DNA of 64,000 nucleotides from NCBI GenBank assembly GCA_965203295.1, contig CBDBCZ010000011.1:96001-160000 (forward strand). Reading direction: 5' to 3'. Shown piece by piece: positions 21,454-34,915 of the stretch; the stretch's first letter is position 1; every line of letters starts with the position of its first letter. The translations under genes and the position numbers were made by a program. The notes under the pieces were generated by a model. The model did not search any database and was not told where the DNA came from. It worked only from the letters and a program-made list of their open reading frames with translations. The stretch comes from Nitrospirales bacterium (GTDB taxonomy: Bacteria > Nitrospirota > Nitrospiria > Nitrospirales > UBA8639).

Positions 21454-24400
21454 TCAAATGCAGTGAATTTGAAAGCTATGAAAAAGATGATATTTTATCT
21501 ACCTGTGAGGTATGTAAAATAAATGTGTATGCAGCTATGCAATTTAGTTAGATTGATAATCATAGTGGACATTCTCTTTCAAGGCTGCAGCATCACAGCT
21601 ATTGGCTATCAATGCAGAATACCCTGGCTTGTTGACTACATTTTCAGCACATTTGATCAACACGTGGACGCAGTTTGACCAAAAGAAAATATCCATCGCC
21701 GTCTTTGGCCACTTGGCATCTGGAAAAAGCATGTTGGTGAATGCCATACTAACTGACAGGTAAGTAGTATAGTGTTGGGAATAGTGTGGGGAAAGGAGTT
21801 AGGTGGTCCAATGTGTGTCAATATACTTTGATGTACTTTGTCTACAGAGCCTACACTGTTATGTAAAAATTACCAGTAAGTTTACTTCACCCAGCAAGTG
21901 GTGATTTTAACAACTGAGCAGGTAACCTCCCTGCAAATAATGTTGCCATTAGCCTGACTGCATTAGCCCTCATTTTTAACAGTGCACCATAGTAGAACTG
22001 TGCATTTGATACATCTACTATGGTATATTCTACAACTCTCGAGCTACTCGTAGGTCTGCTTCACGGGTATACTAAAGCTTCCAAAGGGCCTGCATGTCCA
22101 GACAATGAAAACGAATACTTATCGTCTACCTCCAAAACGCAAAGAACCGACTTTAGAATCATACTCTATGCGAAAAGTCTTCATTTTCAGTGTCTGGACA
22201 TGTACCCTATAGACCTACAGATACACCCCGTGGCTTTAGCAGCATCTGTTTCTCGGATTTGGATGGATTTACCGTGAATGTATTTAAAGCTGCTAAATAA
22301 ATGTAGTACCTGTCGCTATGGTGAATAAACTGCACGCATCGGCAAAATGTTGTTTCTGGGTTTTTTCTAGTCTTTATCCACTAGCCTTGCATAGTTTTTG
22401 TGGCCTTCTATTGCCGTGTTGTCAACATCGCAATCATGCACGGCCATGATATTACTCTACTTTTGTTCCGGTTGGGCTTAAGGAAAAAACTATTTAGCCA
22501 TTACAACTTATGTAGTTACGAGGGCGAGGCGCCTGGCCAGGCTGTACCAGTACCATGTCTAGAAGAGCAAGGTTATGCTCTATTATCTGTGGTCTAGGCA
22601 TGAGACTCAGCTCAGTAATGATGGGGCAGAGCATCATAACATAATAATGTGGCTAGGCTGGCTGTACTGAAGCAAAAATACACATACTGTATTGGCCATT
22701 CCAGTATTCCATCATTCCAGTATTCCAGTGATCCATTCTAGTCCACCGAATAAAGACTCCCAAATCAACAATGCCACCTGTAACACATAATCTCTGTGAC
22801 AAGTTTTAGTCATTTTGAAATTTTACACTTCCAAATGCTAGTTCTTATACATGAGCAAACAATGCAAGTCCTCAGCAGCCTTTTCAAGTATTTATACACT
22901 CACCTTTTTCAGCAATATCATATATGAAAACTCGTGCTACTTACCCGTGCATTGTTTAAACGGAACTGCATGGTGTTGTTTTTTAGGATTCACGTGTCTT
23001 TGTGGATTACTTCCACTGGAAGGGGCACATTAGTTACTCTTCTGGGTACTGTCTGGATCAATACAATCCCAGCAACATCAAAGAAATAAACTCTAAACAA
23101 GCCAGTGCAGGACTCCAACATATAAAGAACATATGCATGACCAGCATCTGATTATGTTTTCGTCTTTTTCCTTAAAAATCCAGACATGAATACATCTTAC
23201 TCTTAAACATGACATTTTACTGGATGGGATGGAAGTGTCAATAACTTGACTTTTAGCCATTTATTACTAAAAATAGTGATTTTGATGCAGTCAGAGTGTT
23301 ACCAGAAATGGAAAGTATAAAATTTATGTTTAATACTATGATTTTCATCTACTGTAGTGTGTTACCAATTGGGAAAACTGTCAAGTCTGTAGAGGTCAGA
23401 ATCAGGAATAATGGGCAGGTTCACAAAGGTCATTGCCCAAAGTATGCTGATGGCAAGGTACGGTAGATACATTTTCCCAGTATTTTCAGCACTAAGCGCA
23501 TGCGCCTTTTTTATAGACCTGCCAACAGTGTCCAGTACTACTTCGGGTAAGAGGCTCAAAGCTGGTTGAACAAACAAGAGGAGCGAGCAACATAGCAGAG
23601 AGTCTCCATAAAATTGATGAAGCAAAGGTTATTACCCCATATCATTTGTATAATCATGCATTCGGCATACTTTTTTGGCTAAAATGATTCTACTTTACTG
23701 GAAGACTAAGTGCCCATCAATGATCAGCATTGTGTGCATGCAATGTAAGGTGTTTCTAAAAATGCCTAGGCTGTTATTCCTTATTCCAGTGTCTCTGTTT
23801 GCCCACCGTTCTTTTGCCTGCTTTTGCACCTGGCAATATTTAGTTATTCCAGAGACCATTTTTACACAAGTGCATTTTTTTTACCTCAGAAAACAGACAC
23901 TAAACCCAGTTTTATCATTGAAGGCTTTGCACCCATACTGGATACAGCATGTATCCCTCCATGGAAGGTGTACCTGATTGAAAATGCAGGATATAAAGAG
24001 CTCAAAAGCTGGAAAGAGCTCCAGAGCCAGGATGAAGAGTTCATAAGCCAAGAAGAGCTCCAAAGACGAGAAAAAGAGTGCAAAAGCTGGAAAAAAACCA
24101 ACAGGGAAGAAGGAAACAGGATTATACGTGAGGTGAAGGCAGCAAAAGCACACATCTTCACACTTCCATACAAAGACAGACAGAACAAAGCTCATTATGA
24201 ACTGTTGGGAAGGTTACTGGAAGCTGATGAGTGTAAGATCCTAGTTTTTGTGTATATATAATTATTCATTAAGGAAACTCTTTAATAGGTGTACATGTAG
24301 AAGGAATGGCTAGTATAAGCTTTCATTTCAGGTAGAATACAATTGTCACATGTGTCTTCAGCCTGTACACCCCAAGGACCAGGAGTTAATTAACGTTACA

Positions 24401-27400
24401 TGCAGTAGTGAATGTAGAAGCTAGCTAGCTATTTGATAGGTAGATCCCTACAAGTTCTATGTGGAAGCGGTTAGGAGGATGAGTCCTTATAAAGATATTT
24501 AATACTGTGTTCATGATATTATGTGTTGTGTTTAAGAGTCATTTGCATGGGATATGTCAGTGAGTGACAGGGTTGGCTATCGTTATTATGAATTCTTTTT
24601 TAGTCAAGCATATACCTGGTTCTCATATCCCACAACTATTACGAAGACAAGAAGAAATCAAAACTATCTGATCATCATGATACTGCTTGGGCTTTCTCAT
24701 CTCAATTTACACACAGTACACAGATGCGACTAACATCAGCGCTAGCATTGTAGCAGTTCAATTAATATGTGGCAGTCTTATTCAAGTCCCCATTTTTCAG
24801 CATGTTACTAGCTACTCACAGACACATTATCTGGGCCAGGTAAACTGCAGCACTTTGCTTTTGGAGGGTCATAAATACCCCTTATTAATTCTCTCCCATG
24901 GGTATATCAATGGAGAATATAAAGTTTCGTGATTGGTGATTGCTGATGGTACTGCTGAATTAAAGTAGTTTTTCTTTGCTGGAGCCCTATGAGTTCTCAG
25001 TACATGGTGATAGGACAAAATGAAAGATTGCTAGAGCTACAAACTGATGAAACAACTTCTTAATTGAAATCATACCTACCAAATGGCTTGCAAAGACTAC
25101 CATCAGTCAACTACCCTGTGTTTATTCTTAGACAAGATGTGAATCAACAGCTTTTTTGTCAACAAAGAGCATGCACCACTCTCCAGAACGGAAAGTACAG
25201 TTCAGTACTATCTAGGCAACTGAACTGCTATACAGTCGTACAGCACAACTACCATGGATCATACATAATGCACTGCTGGTACATATTTGGCTTAGCTGAA
25301 ATTAATAAATGTTATCCACATTTGTGCTTCAACAAAATTTAATGCACTCCAAAAAAATCCTATATGTCTGTTCCTTCACCCATTATTTACATCTCCTTTA
25401 ATCTCTACAATACCAACCTACACACATAGCTGAAATTTACTCATTGATGTATCGTGTTCTTCATTCTGCAACGTAATGTTATTTGGATGGTACTATTGTA
25501 TAGCAAACATTTATTCAGTAGCAGCTTTGTATGACTAGTTTGTGGTATTGTAATTATAGACTGCGTTCTTCATTTACTTCACAGCTGTTTTCAGGGAGAA
25601 CCGAATTACCATTGTAATTACCTTCTTTGAAGAATTTTATAAAGATGACCAGCACCCCACTGTCGAATCAGTCAAAGATGGTATTTATTGCAGGATCAAG
25701 GATAAAGTGCATGCAGGTGACAAACCAAAGTTCCTGGATTGTCTAGTTACAGTTTGTGGAGAGTGGGCAAACACTGCCCGAAAGTTTCAGAGCATGCCTT
25801 TGAAGCAGTTGGAACTATTGGATGAGTTGGAGCAGTTGGAGGAACAGAACCAGTTGCAGCAGAGGCAAAAGAAGCAGTTGAAGCAATTGGAGAAGTTGAA
25901 GGAATTGAAGCAGAGAGTGGTGTGTTACTTAAGTGTATATGAGGACGCTACAGGTACTAGTGGCAGGGATGGAAAGTTAAATGCAGTGAGCATTGCTAGT
26001 AAACTACTAGCTGCAAGTGGGATCAAAGTTGTGGAGCAAAGGTACAAATAGTGAAACAAAATATTCTCTGTGGTATATGTATGGTATATGTATATTATAC
26101 ACATCTATTTTTCCAGAGTTATGAAAATGGCAGCAGCTTGCAGTGAAGATTCAGTTATGGTACTTTGCAGTAGCTTTAACCGGAATCTGAAAGAAGCAGC
26201 TGATTACTTGGATGCTTCTTCCACTGCAATAAAGGGACGTAATGAAGGTATTAAATACTTATTGTAAGTACATTAACTGGGCCCTTACCATGAATGATGA
26301 AAGTATGTAATACAGTGCCAAGACTAAAATTTATAAAAATCAATTTTAAATTGTAAAGTATGGACCAGTTTATAGTGGAGATGAAATATTCCTTTTGTCT
26401 ATGCCTGCCAGAATTGTAGGGAGGTTGCGTAGTTGTCAGAAAGTGTATATTAGGTTGGTGTTTGGTTAATTTAGTGATATTTTGGTATCAAGTTTTCTGC
26501 ACCTAACTTTATCATTGAATTGTGTGTTGATTACTTTTCATGTCAGAAAAGAAAAGTGAATATGAAGCCTACTATGAAACCATTGACAAATATCGTAAGC
26601 AGCTCACTGCCAGAAGTGATGCCAAGCATGTACAAAAGAGTGTGCAGTGCCCTGAAAGTATAGAGGTAAAGCATGTTTGTTCTTCTCCCCTTCCATGTGT
26701 TATGTAACATGCACAGCACGCTTATATATGATTGCACATGCAAGTACTGTGTATAGCTTCATAACAAAGGTATAGATCCCCTGAAGCTGCATGACACTAC
26801 CTAGGGAGATTGGCACTGAATTAACTGAATAACATTACCCCTTTCAGTACAAGGGATACTATTATCCAGCTAAGAGAGCCTCATAATTACGTATCAACAA
26901 GCACAAAAAGTAAACGACACAAGAGGAGGAGTACTTGCTGTGTTTAGATGATATAGGTTAGACTTCTGAATCTCAGCTGTTCACTGCCATTCTCAGTGCC
27001 TCTTAACTTTAAGGAACCCGAATGGAAAAAGTGTAAAACATTGCAACCAGTATTAAGTTGTTCAGCCCTTTTTTCCCGCCATAAAGTACCTTAAGGATTC
27101 TGGGGTCACATATATGAACTTTCAACAGTTATCTCCAAAAGCTACCTCCTATATTTCACATGGTCACAAGCATATAAAGCCATTCTGTACTCATCCGTCT
27201 TTCATATCTTGCAATGATAAATTTTCCCCATGAAGTAGTGATGTGGATGGGCGGACATTTTTAAATCATGAAATATTTCTTTTGACATGAATCTTCCCAA
27301 ACTACATGGTGTATGAATGGCTAACGATCTATCTGATTCCCATAGTTGGTTAATATAATGGCCCCCATGCAGGAAATTGGAATGAAGAAATGTCAGGAAG

Positions 27401-28997
27401 TTTTGACTCAAGCATCTGAAAGCGGTAATCTATACTTTGAAGTGTATAATTGACTTGTAATTGATTCAGAAGCCACTTAGCAAATTAGGTAATGATTACG
27501 ATGTGTCAGAAAGAATGGTGATAAGTATTATTATACAAGCAGTGGAGTTATTAATTGTGTATTCTCATATACAGATTTGCCCAGCTTAGAGAAAGCATTA
27601 AATGAGGAACTGAATGATACAAGTATGTTTCAGAGTGCCTGGGATGTATGTTATTCCCACTCAACCGATGTTACCAAGATTCTGGAATCAATGCGAGAAA
27701 CTGCCGCTCGTGTGGTCCAACCCAGATCTAGAGCTCGAACAATAGCCCTGCAAGCGACAGAAGCTGGGCAGGTGCCTGAGAATGACGCTACTCCAACAGT
27801 ACTCAATGCTGAAGGTTGGCAGATTTTAAGGATAGATGGTTGGATTTATGACACTATCTAATTACTAATTGCTTCTCTTTATCCTTCAGATTTTGTGAAA
27901 AAAATTCTAAAGAATACTGGATCATTCAAAATTAGTGAAAACAAGAGAGCCACTCCGTACGTGACATTCTTTCTTGTCAATAACTTGTGCTATTCCCATA
28001 AAGTTTTACACCTATCCAGCTGCAGGCTGTATGCTTCAACAATTGAACTTAATGTTAGCTACAAAAACGTAGCTGTGAAGGCTAAATCAGAAAGAAGCGT
28101 ATTATACTAATTAGTTACGGATTGGATGTTTCCAACCTAGCTGAGGTCAAAGTTATAGCAGTGTCATATACTGGATAAGTTTGTATCCATAATGAGCTGA
28201 CCAAGGTATTACGCAGTGCTGAGCAGTGGGCCTGCAGGGAATTTTGTTTACAAAGTGCATAACCAAAGTTGGGGCATGCCTCGTGACCCAACCTTTGGAA
28301 AGCCATGCAGTAAACACTATATCCTGTTGCTATATTATACTTGGCAACTCGGACCTGTAAAAAAAAGAGCTGGGGAGTGGGTCTGGGAGCGAGGCTAACT
28401 ATTATATTATGCCATGAATCACATGGGTATGTGTGTGGCTAACCAGAGGGAAGGTTTTGTATTCGAATACACTAGTTGTAAGAAGCCAAGCCGTTGAAGG
28501 TCAAAAGATGTGTTTTAATTTACATGTGCAGAGGTGATCAGTTCAAAGAAAGTATTTTGGAGGACTTCAGAGTCTACATGCAAAGTGTGGTGCAACATAC
28601 CCAAAAGGTACTTTTTTAATTTTATGTTTATAAAATAATACTGCCCATAGCACTGATATTAATTAATACTTTTTATACTGTAGTACATGGAAGAATACTG
28701 GCAGACTGTGGTGAAAAATGCCATACGCAGTTTTGACATTGAGTTTAATAAAGAGAGTCTAGATCAGAGAAATGAAGAGGTTAGTTTTGCTTTGTTACAA
28801 TACGTAATGCACTTTAAGCTAATGTATGTGTATCTGTACTGTAGTTGACATCTGAGACTGAAAGGTGGTCTATTGAAGCAAAACACATCGAAGAATACCG
28901 AGACCATCTACACAGCCTGAGAAATTACCTTGTAGTGAAAGCGGAAGATTGCCGAGTGAAAATACAAAAAATGAAAGAAAGAAACCTTGTATACTAA
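21454..28997 (+). CDS. dynamin-like / mitofusin-DLP-type P-loop GTPase with helical stalk (multi-exon; start exon unresolved)
   Basis: Phase-compatible exons 21454-21509, 21584-21759 (ISIAVFGHLASGKSMLVNAILTD = G1), 23358-23457 (SVLPIGKT), 23517-23627, 23890-24232 (VYLIENAG at the G3 position), 25585-26041 (ITIVITFFE at the G4 position; VTVCGEWA; coiled coil), 26117-26247, 26547-26665, 27470-27524, 27575-27814, 27890-27956, [28026-~28500 unresolved], 28532-28607, 28684-28779, 28845-28997 (stop TAA). Confidence 0.75.
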
Positions 28998-29571
28998 TTA
29001 ATGTAAAGAGTCTCGACCTGTGACTGTATGTATAGTTTTATGAAGCTATAAGTGGCTCTCCTAACACTACATAGTAATACTAATGTTGTGCAGCCTTGTT
29101 TTAGATTTTGTGCTATATATAGCCACTTTTGTAGCATTTTATTTGTGTGAAAAAAATAGCCAGATATACACGTAGTGTAGCCTCCTTGGGCATGTAGTTA
29201 TGAAATTAGCTGTATGTGTTATTCTGCTGTGATATGTAGAATACACCATAGTACGTATTATTACTTATTAAAGTTATTATAGTACATTTAGTAGTTTATA
29301 GTAGTTTTAACCCTTTTTAACATTTTCGCCCCTTTTTTAACCTTTATACTTTTACGTGTTGTACATGCTACTGTAATGAGTGCATTGAGTTTGGATAGAG
29401 ATGCCCTTCTAGTTTAATATCACTGTTAATAGTTAATATCACTGGACATTGGTATGGACTTGGCCATTTATTTTGATATTGCTAGAAATAATGCTTTCAT
29501 CTTCAGAGCAACTTTAGGGAGGAGGGGATAATTAATCATGGCCCCTTTGATTCCCCCATTCCAAATGTCAC

Positions 29572-29780
29572 TACGGTGGAACCTCCCATAACGGACCCTC
29601 CCACCAGTGGATAACCTCCCTATAGATGATACCAGCTGTGGCACCGATTGAAATTACTATAGCGCTAGTGTATAAGAAACCTTCCACGAGTGGACGCTTC
29701 TTAATTCCGGTGTCATAAAATCTTGGGGCGCCCGGTAAAATAGGGACCCCTTTGGGAAAATGGGGACCCCGTCCAATCTT
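29572..29780. mobile_element. nested DNA-transposon fragments (pogo/Tc1-like TIR start followed by a second repeat end)
   Basis: ta|cggtggaacctccc resembles pogo/Tigger-type CAGTGGAACCTC termini. It is interrupted at ~29706 by ccggtgtcataaaatcttggggcgccc...ggggacccc. Partner TIRs not found. Confidence 0.4.
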
Positions 29781-29849
29781 GTTTAGGTGGCATCTGACGT
29801 ATACGATGATAGTCCTTACCGGTACAATGTACATGTATCCAGCAAAGTA

Positions 29850-32595
29850 ACATCTCTATTTGTCTACCACAATATACAATGGAACGATCTGGCCTTCAGT
29901 TAGTTCCAGTCCATTGCTATATTCACAGAAAACTCAGTAACTGAAGGAGGAGGAGCGATTTATGCATCAAAAAGTACATTTTTTCACAGATAATACAACG
30001 ACAATTGCAAACAATTCGGCTTTGCACGGTGGTGGACTGCTGCTTTCAAGTGATTCTAAAATCTTCTTTCAGCCAGGTATGGCAATACACCTCATCAGCA
30101 ACAGTGCTAACTATAGTATCGCTGCGCATGCGATAGCCAAACAGGATAGTTCGACAATAGACCATGGAATAGGCAATTGATACTACAAGAACAACAACAA
30201 CTGACAATAACTAAACAGCAATACACTTTATAGCAATAAGGGAAAGGGAAGGTGCTAGATATAAGGAACCAAAAATGGTCATAACACTATTAGCACTATA
30301 CAGTAAGAAATCTAAAGCGTGTCCTGATTACATTAACAACTACTAACAGTTAAAGATGTGAATCAGTGTGAATTAGAAGAATGTCCAGGATATTACACTA
30401 ACCGTACTGGAGGTGCAATTAAAGTGGAAGAAAACAACCCACTCTCCTACTGCATCCCAATTTTAGATGAATATTATGATGTGAGCAGTAGTGACTGCTT
30501 CTTTCAGACTTTTGACTTCTCATATGCATCCCTCTCTAATGTCCTCCATACATTGTGCTTTGATAACAACAGAGCTGTTGAAGGCGGTGCTGACTTGTAT
30601 GGTGGTTCAGTTGATAACTGTAAATTAAGCAATAATAAACTCTTCGATAAGCAAAGCGGACTTGTTTTTGTTCTTATAACCGACGGTTTTAGAAACCCAG
30701 CTAATATTTCTTCTGATCCACTGAGCATCTATACCTGCAGAGGTGACGTCATTACATACTACCCTCGTCTTTACAACCCAGAGCCTGTGTATCCAGGGGG
30801 AACTGTGGAGGTTCCAATCACTGCACGTGGGCAAAGGGGAGGGAAAACTATGGCTGTGATACAAGTTATTGAGACATCTGAAAATATTAGACTCAGTAGC
30901 CTTGAATACTCTCAGAACATTGATAATACCTGTAATATCCTGAAGTACACCATACACTCGTATGCCTTAGGCACCACTCAAGAATTGACTCTCTATGCTC
31001 AAGGTCCTTGTCCACCCACTTGGACTAACACTCTTACAGTTACTGTGACTATCCAAGAATGTCCACCTGGATTTCAGCTATCAATAAATGAACCAATATG
31101 CATTTGTGATGAGAGACTTCAACGCTTTACAAACACCTGCTTATTGGACAGCACAACAGTTTTGCGTGAACACAATGCCGAGTTCTGGGTAGATTACGAC
31201 AGTGACAATGAGTCCAGAGGATTGATTCTTCATCCACATTGTCCATTTGATTACTGCACATCAGAAGAAACATACTTGATAGTTGATAACAGTAACAAAC
31301 AGTGTAGCTACAACAGAAGTGGCCTACTGTGCGGAAGATGCAGTGATAACCTGAGCCTTGTATTGGGCAGCTCCCGCTGCTTGCAGTGCTCCAACTTTTA
31401 TCTTTCGCTCTTAGCTGCATTTACTTTTGCTGGTATTGCACTAGTGCTCTTACTTCTGGTCCTGAGGCTGACCGTTGCAGCTGGAACCATCAATGGATTA
31501 GTTTTCTATGCGAATATTATAGCAGTCAATTCAGCAATACTCTTCGAGCCTCAAAATAAAATAACAAATTTCCCAATAGAGCTGATAGCTAATGTCCTTA
31601 GTGTCTTTATAGCCTGGCTAAACTTGGACCTGGGATTTGAAATTTGCTTCTACAATGGAATGGATGCCTACGTAAAAATGTGGATGCAGTTTGCATTCCC
31701 CGTCTACATATGGGCTCTGGTAGGTACAATAATAGTTGGCAGCTATTACTCAGGAAGAGTGGCGAGTATATTTGGAAGCAATCCTATCGCAGTCCTGGCC
31801 TATTCCTACTGTCATATGCTAAACTGCTTCGCACAGTTATTGCTGCACTTTCATACACATCCCTAGAGTATCCTAACAATTCACAGATCACAGTGTGGCT
31901 GTATGATGGGAATGTTAGATACCTCAGTGGTAAGCACATTCCACTGTTCACAGCTGCGATGGTTTGCCTGGTATTCCTGTTTCTCCCCTACACAATGCTG
32001 CTGATTTTTAGCCAGTGGCTTCAGGCAAAGTCACACTTGAAGATCTTCTCTTGTATCAACAGTCGCTACGTCAAACCCTTCCTGGATGCCTACCATGCAC
32101 CCTACACAAACAAACACCGCTACTGGACTGGAATGATGCTTCTACTTCGTTTTGTTCTGTTTCTCATCTCTGCTGTCAATGCTCTAGGAGATCCCAATGT
32201 CAACCTACTAGCTATTGCGACTGTTGCAATACTAATACCTCCTACCATCCTTGGCTCTTGAAACGTCATTCATCCTCAACCTGGCTACCCTTGCTACAGC
32301 CACTTTATACACTCAACTCAGTGGAGGCAACCAGAATGCTGTTACATTCACCTCAGTTGGCATAGCCTTTGCAACGTTCACAGGGATTGTCATCTACCAC
32401 TCTGTTCAGCAACTCAAAGGCACCAGGCTGTGGAGGAGATTGTGCTTGAGGCATGATTATGTGAGAGTCCCCCTGACTGATGTGGCCTCAGGGCCCGAGG
32501 ACCCACCAGACTGTGTGTTCATGTCAGGGTCTGCCCCAACCCAGACTGTGGTTGATGTGCGTGAGTTACGAGAACCATGCATGGCAACAGACTGA
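29850..32595 (+). pseudogene. PMP-like (GGAI/FxxN) repeat + Cys-rich + multi-pass membrane protein, disrupted
   Basis: Intronless. FTENS..GGGAIY, NNSALHGGG, TGGAIKV, FDNNRAVEGGADLYGG repeats; CPPGF..C.C, HCPFDYC, CSYNRSGLLCGRC; then hydrophobic helices (GTINGLVFYAN, WLNLDLG, LLSYAKLL, KPFLDAYHAPY..KHRYWTG). Frameshifts at ~29985, ~31800 and ~32255, a ~290-bp insertion at 30113-30402, and no N-terminus. Confidence 0.8.
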
Positions 32596-32741
32596 TCATT
32601 AAAGAAAGAGCAATATTGTGGTCATTTTTTAACATTACACTGCAATTGTCGAATGATAGCCAATATAAACTTTCTTTTTCATGATTTTCAATTGTTCTTA
32701 CATTCAATGTACCACATGCATTCCTATATTCACATATTTAA

Positions 32742-32880
32742 CTCTTTGAATGCCATGGGCACATTTATGTGCCCATATAAAATAGAAAAAACATGTACTT
32801 TATATTAACGCCTAATATAAAAAGGCCTATATAAATTCACATTAGCCTTATGGATGTATTAAAACTTGGCTGGAAAAGAG
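32742..32880. mobile_element. piggyBac-like MITE
   Basis: TTAA on both sides (32738-32741, 32881-32884). Imperfect TIRs ctcttt...gcca / tggc...aaagag. Same layout and size class as 43573-43715. Confidence 0.6.
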
Positions 32881-33779
32881 TTAATTTTAGAGTGACAGGC
32901 AAGTTTGACAACTTATGAGTATTATAATTATAGTAGCATCCATTGCTACTTTCTGATAGATGTAGACACATCAAAATTTATTAACTTTTTGACAGTTTTT
33001 GGCATTAAAATCTGATTATTGATAATGAATTTTAAACTCAGTGGAGCTCAAATTTATAGCCGTATCATTCTACAGCTAGCACTCATAGAAGGAAACTTTC
33101 ACACAACTCATACTATTATGCCTATATAATACCACTGTAAATACAGTAAAGCCTTAGTATATGTTAGCACTGTAATAAAGTATAGCATTTTCTCCATATT
33201 ATAGTGATGCCCTGTATATGAAAGAATGTCATTGAACATAGGCATGCATCTCTATGTTCTAAAAAATCTGCTCTGTCTTGGTATACGCAGCTAAAACACA
33301 TATAAAATATAGTTTATTTAATTACATTCCTGAAGCTAGACTCCATTTTTTGGCGGATGTGGGCTGGCTTGCAAGAGACTACTGTTAATTATGTAGGAGT
33401 AGCCAAGGAAGAAAGTTTGAAACTCAATCTTAAAGCGCAGCCTACAAACGGGTATAGTACTTTTCTGGGCAATGTTAGTAGTTGCAGCCTTGGATAACTA
33501 AATCATGGGCAAAATATTTGGCTTAGCCTTGTTTATACTCAAGCAATGTCACATTCAGATGGCATAAATAAGCCGTGATAGGATTTAGCTTCAAGTGTGT
33601 ACTCGCTTGAATATCCCAGTACTGTATAGGCCCAGTCTTATAAACATGGTTTCTCACTGGTTGATTCATGTGGTACTTATATTAACGTATTCTGAGTAAC
33701 TACAATATTAGAATGTGTGTCAAGCAATTACTACTAGTGCATGGTTAATCAATTGCATTGATAAGTTTCATAGTAAGTT

Positions 33780-34330
33780 ACCCCATGCATGCTGCAATGA
33801 TTACCATGTTCTTTTTGTAAGGAAATAGAACTTAAGAACTAATTGCAGGGGGTTGGGGATCCAGAAACACATTTGCTGTTTAAGTTTAGGTTGGGTACTA
33901 ATGGTCTGAATGAAGAGTTAGGAAGTATAGGGCTAAAAATGATGATAGGCAGTGTAATTGAATTTGAGAGTGTAGTACATGTGCTGTGCATGGGAGTGTC
34001 CTCTATATGATAGCATTAGAAATATACTTTCATGGCAGAATTAGACAATATGTTTGGGGGAGAGTTCAGTACACTCAATAATTTATAGAGAATTTTATTT
34101 TAGGGTGTGAGAATTTGGACAGGTATAGGATGAAGGCTTTATTAAGACTACTTGAGAGTTTTCTATTATTTATCTGGGATGCTACTAAGAATAAATTATA
34201 TGGTGATCAGGATGGTCCGGTTGCTCTTGATCTTGCCCTCTGACTGGAAATCTTACAAGGTTTTCCTGCGTATGTGGGTGCATGGTCAATGGCGTAAGCG
34301 CTATGGCAGCAAAATGAGTATATCGTTGTT
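33780..34330 (+). mobile_element. decayed LINE 3' fragment
   Basis: Reads EIELKN*LQGVGDPETHLLFKFRLGTNGLNEELG...ESVVHVL..WECPLY, the Cys/His-containing C-terminal region of LINE ORF2. Confidence 0.6.
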
Positions 34331-34591
34331 AATGACGGTGCTCTACAGACGTGGTGCACTGTAAATGAAGTCAAACTAGCTACCACACAAGTAAAGGCCC
34401 AGCACTAGGATACACAAACTGAAATGAAAACTGTGCCATGGCCAGTGCATAAAAGCTATATATTGTGCAGAAGCTACTGAGATAAGCTATAGTCTTAGAA
34501 TACATATTAAACTATGTCCGATTCAAGCAAACAGTTTAGCTGGCAGAGGCTTCTACTTGCTATTAAGTATTTGAAGTTTCTTCTTTGAGAT

Positions 34592-34915
34592 TCAAAGTAT
34601 CACACAGACTCCTTCTACTGGGCCATCTTCTCTATCGGCAGGTAGCAAGGGGAGTTGTGGCAGCGATTTACAGTCGCTCTTCGGTTGGGGACCAGGCAGG
34701 AAGACGTAGTTTTTAGGAGAAGCAAACTCACTTTCCGGCAACTCATGACCCACGATGCGATTTGCCCGGGGCTTTCCCGACTGCTCTGGTTCAGTCGGGC
34801 GGAGATAGATGCGCTTGTTTTCAGAAACCTCAGTATATATTGCAAAGTAGTCTGCCACATTTGGTAGAGGGGCGCTCTCTTTGAACACTAAGTTGGGCGC
34901 CGGAGTATCCTGCAT
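34592..34915 (-). CDS. orphan 107-aa ORF or terminal exon ending in a CaaX box (CVIL*)
   Basis: Open frame visibly more GC-rich than its flanks, Pro-rich, ending ...PVEGVCVIL-stop. A possible acceptor (catgcag|GAT) overlaps the ATG. No upstream coding exon found. Confidence 0.5.
   Translation of the reverse strand: MQDTPAPNLVFKESAPLPNVADYFAIYTEVSENKRIYLRPTEPEQSGKPRANRIVGHELPESEFASPKNYVFLPGPQPKSDCKSLPQLPLLPADREDGPVEGVCVIL

Noticed and set aside
22986..23050. Candidate GTPase exon (LLPLEGAH)
   Set aside because: Hits a stop and is out of phase. Exon 23358-23457 (SVLPIGKT) fits the preceding phase-2 donor.
26848..26956. Possible extra exon of the middle GTPase gene
   Set aside because: In-frame stop when joined in phase 0. 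26665 joins 27470 without it.
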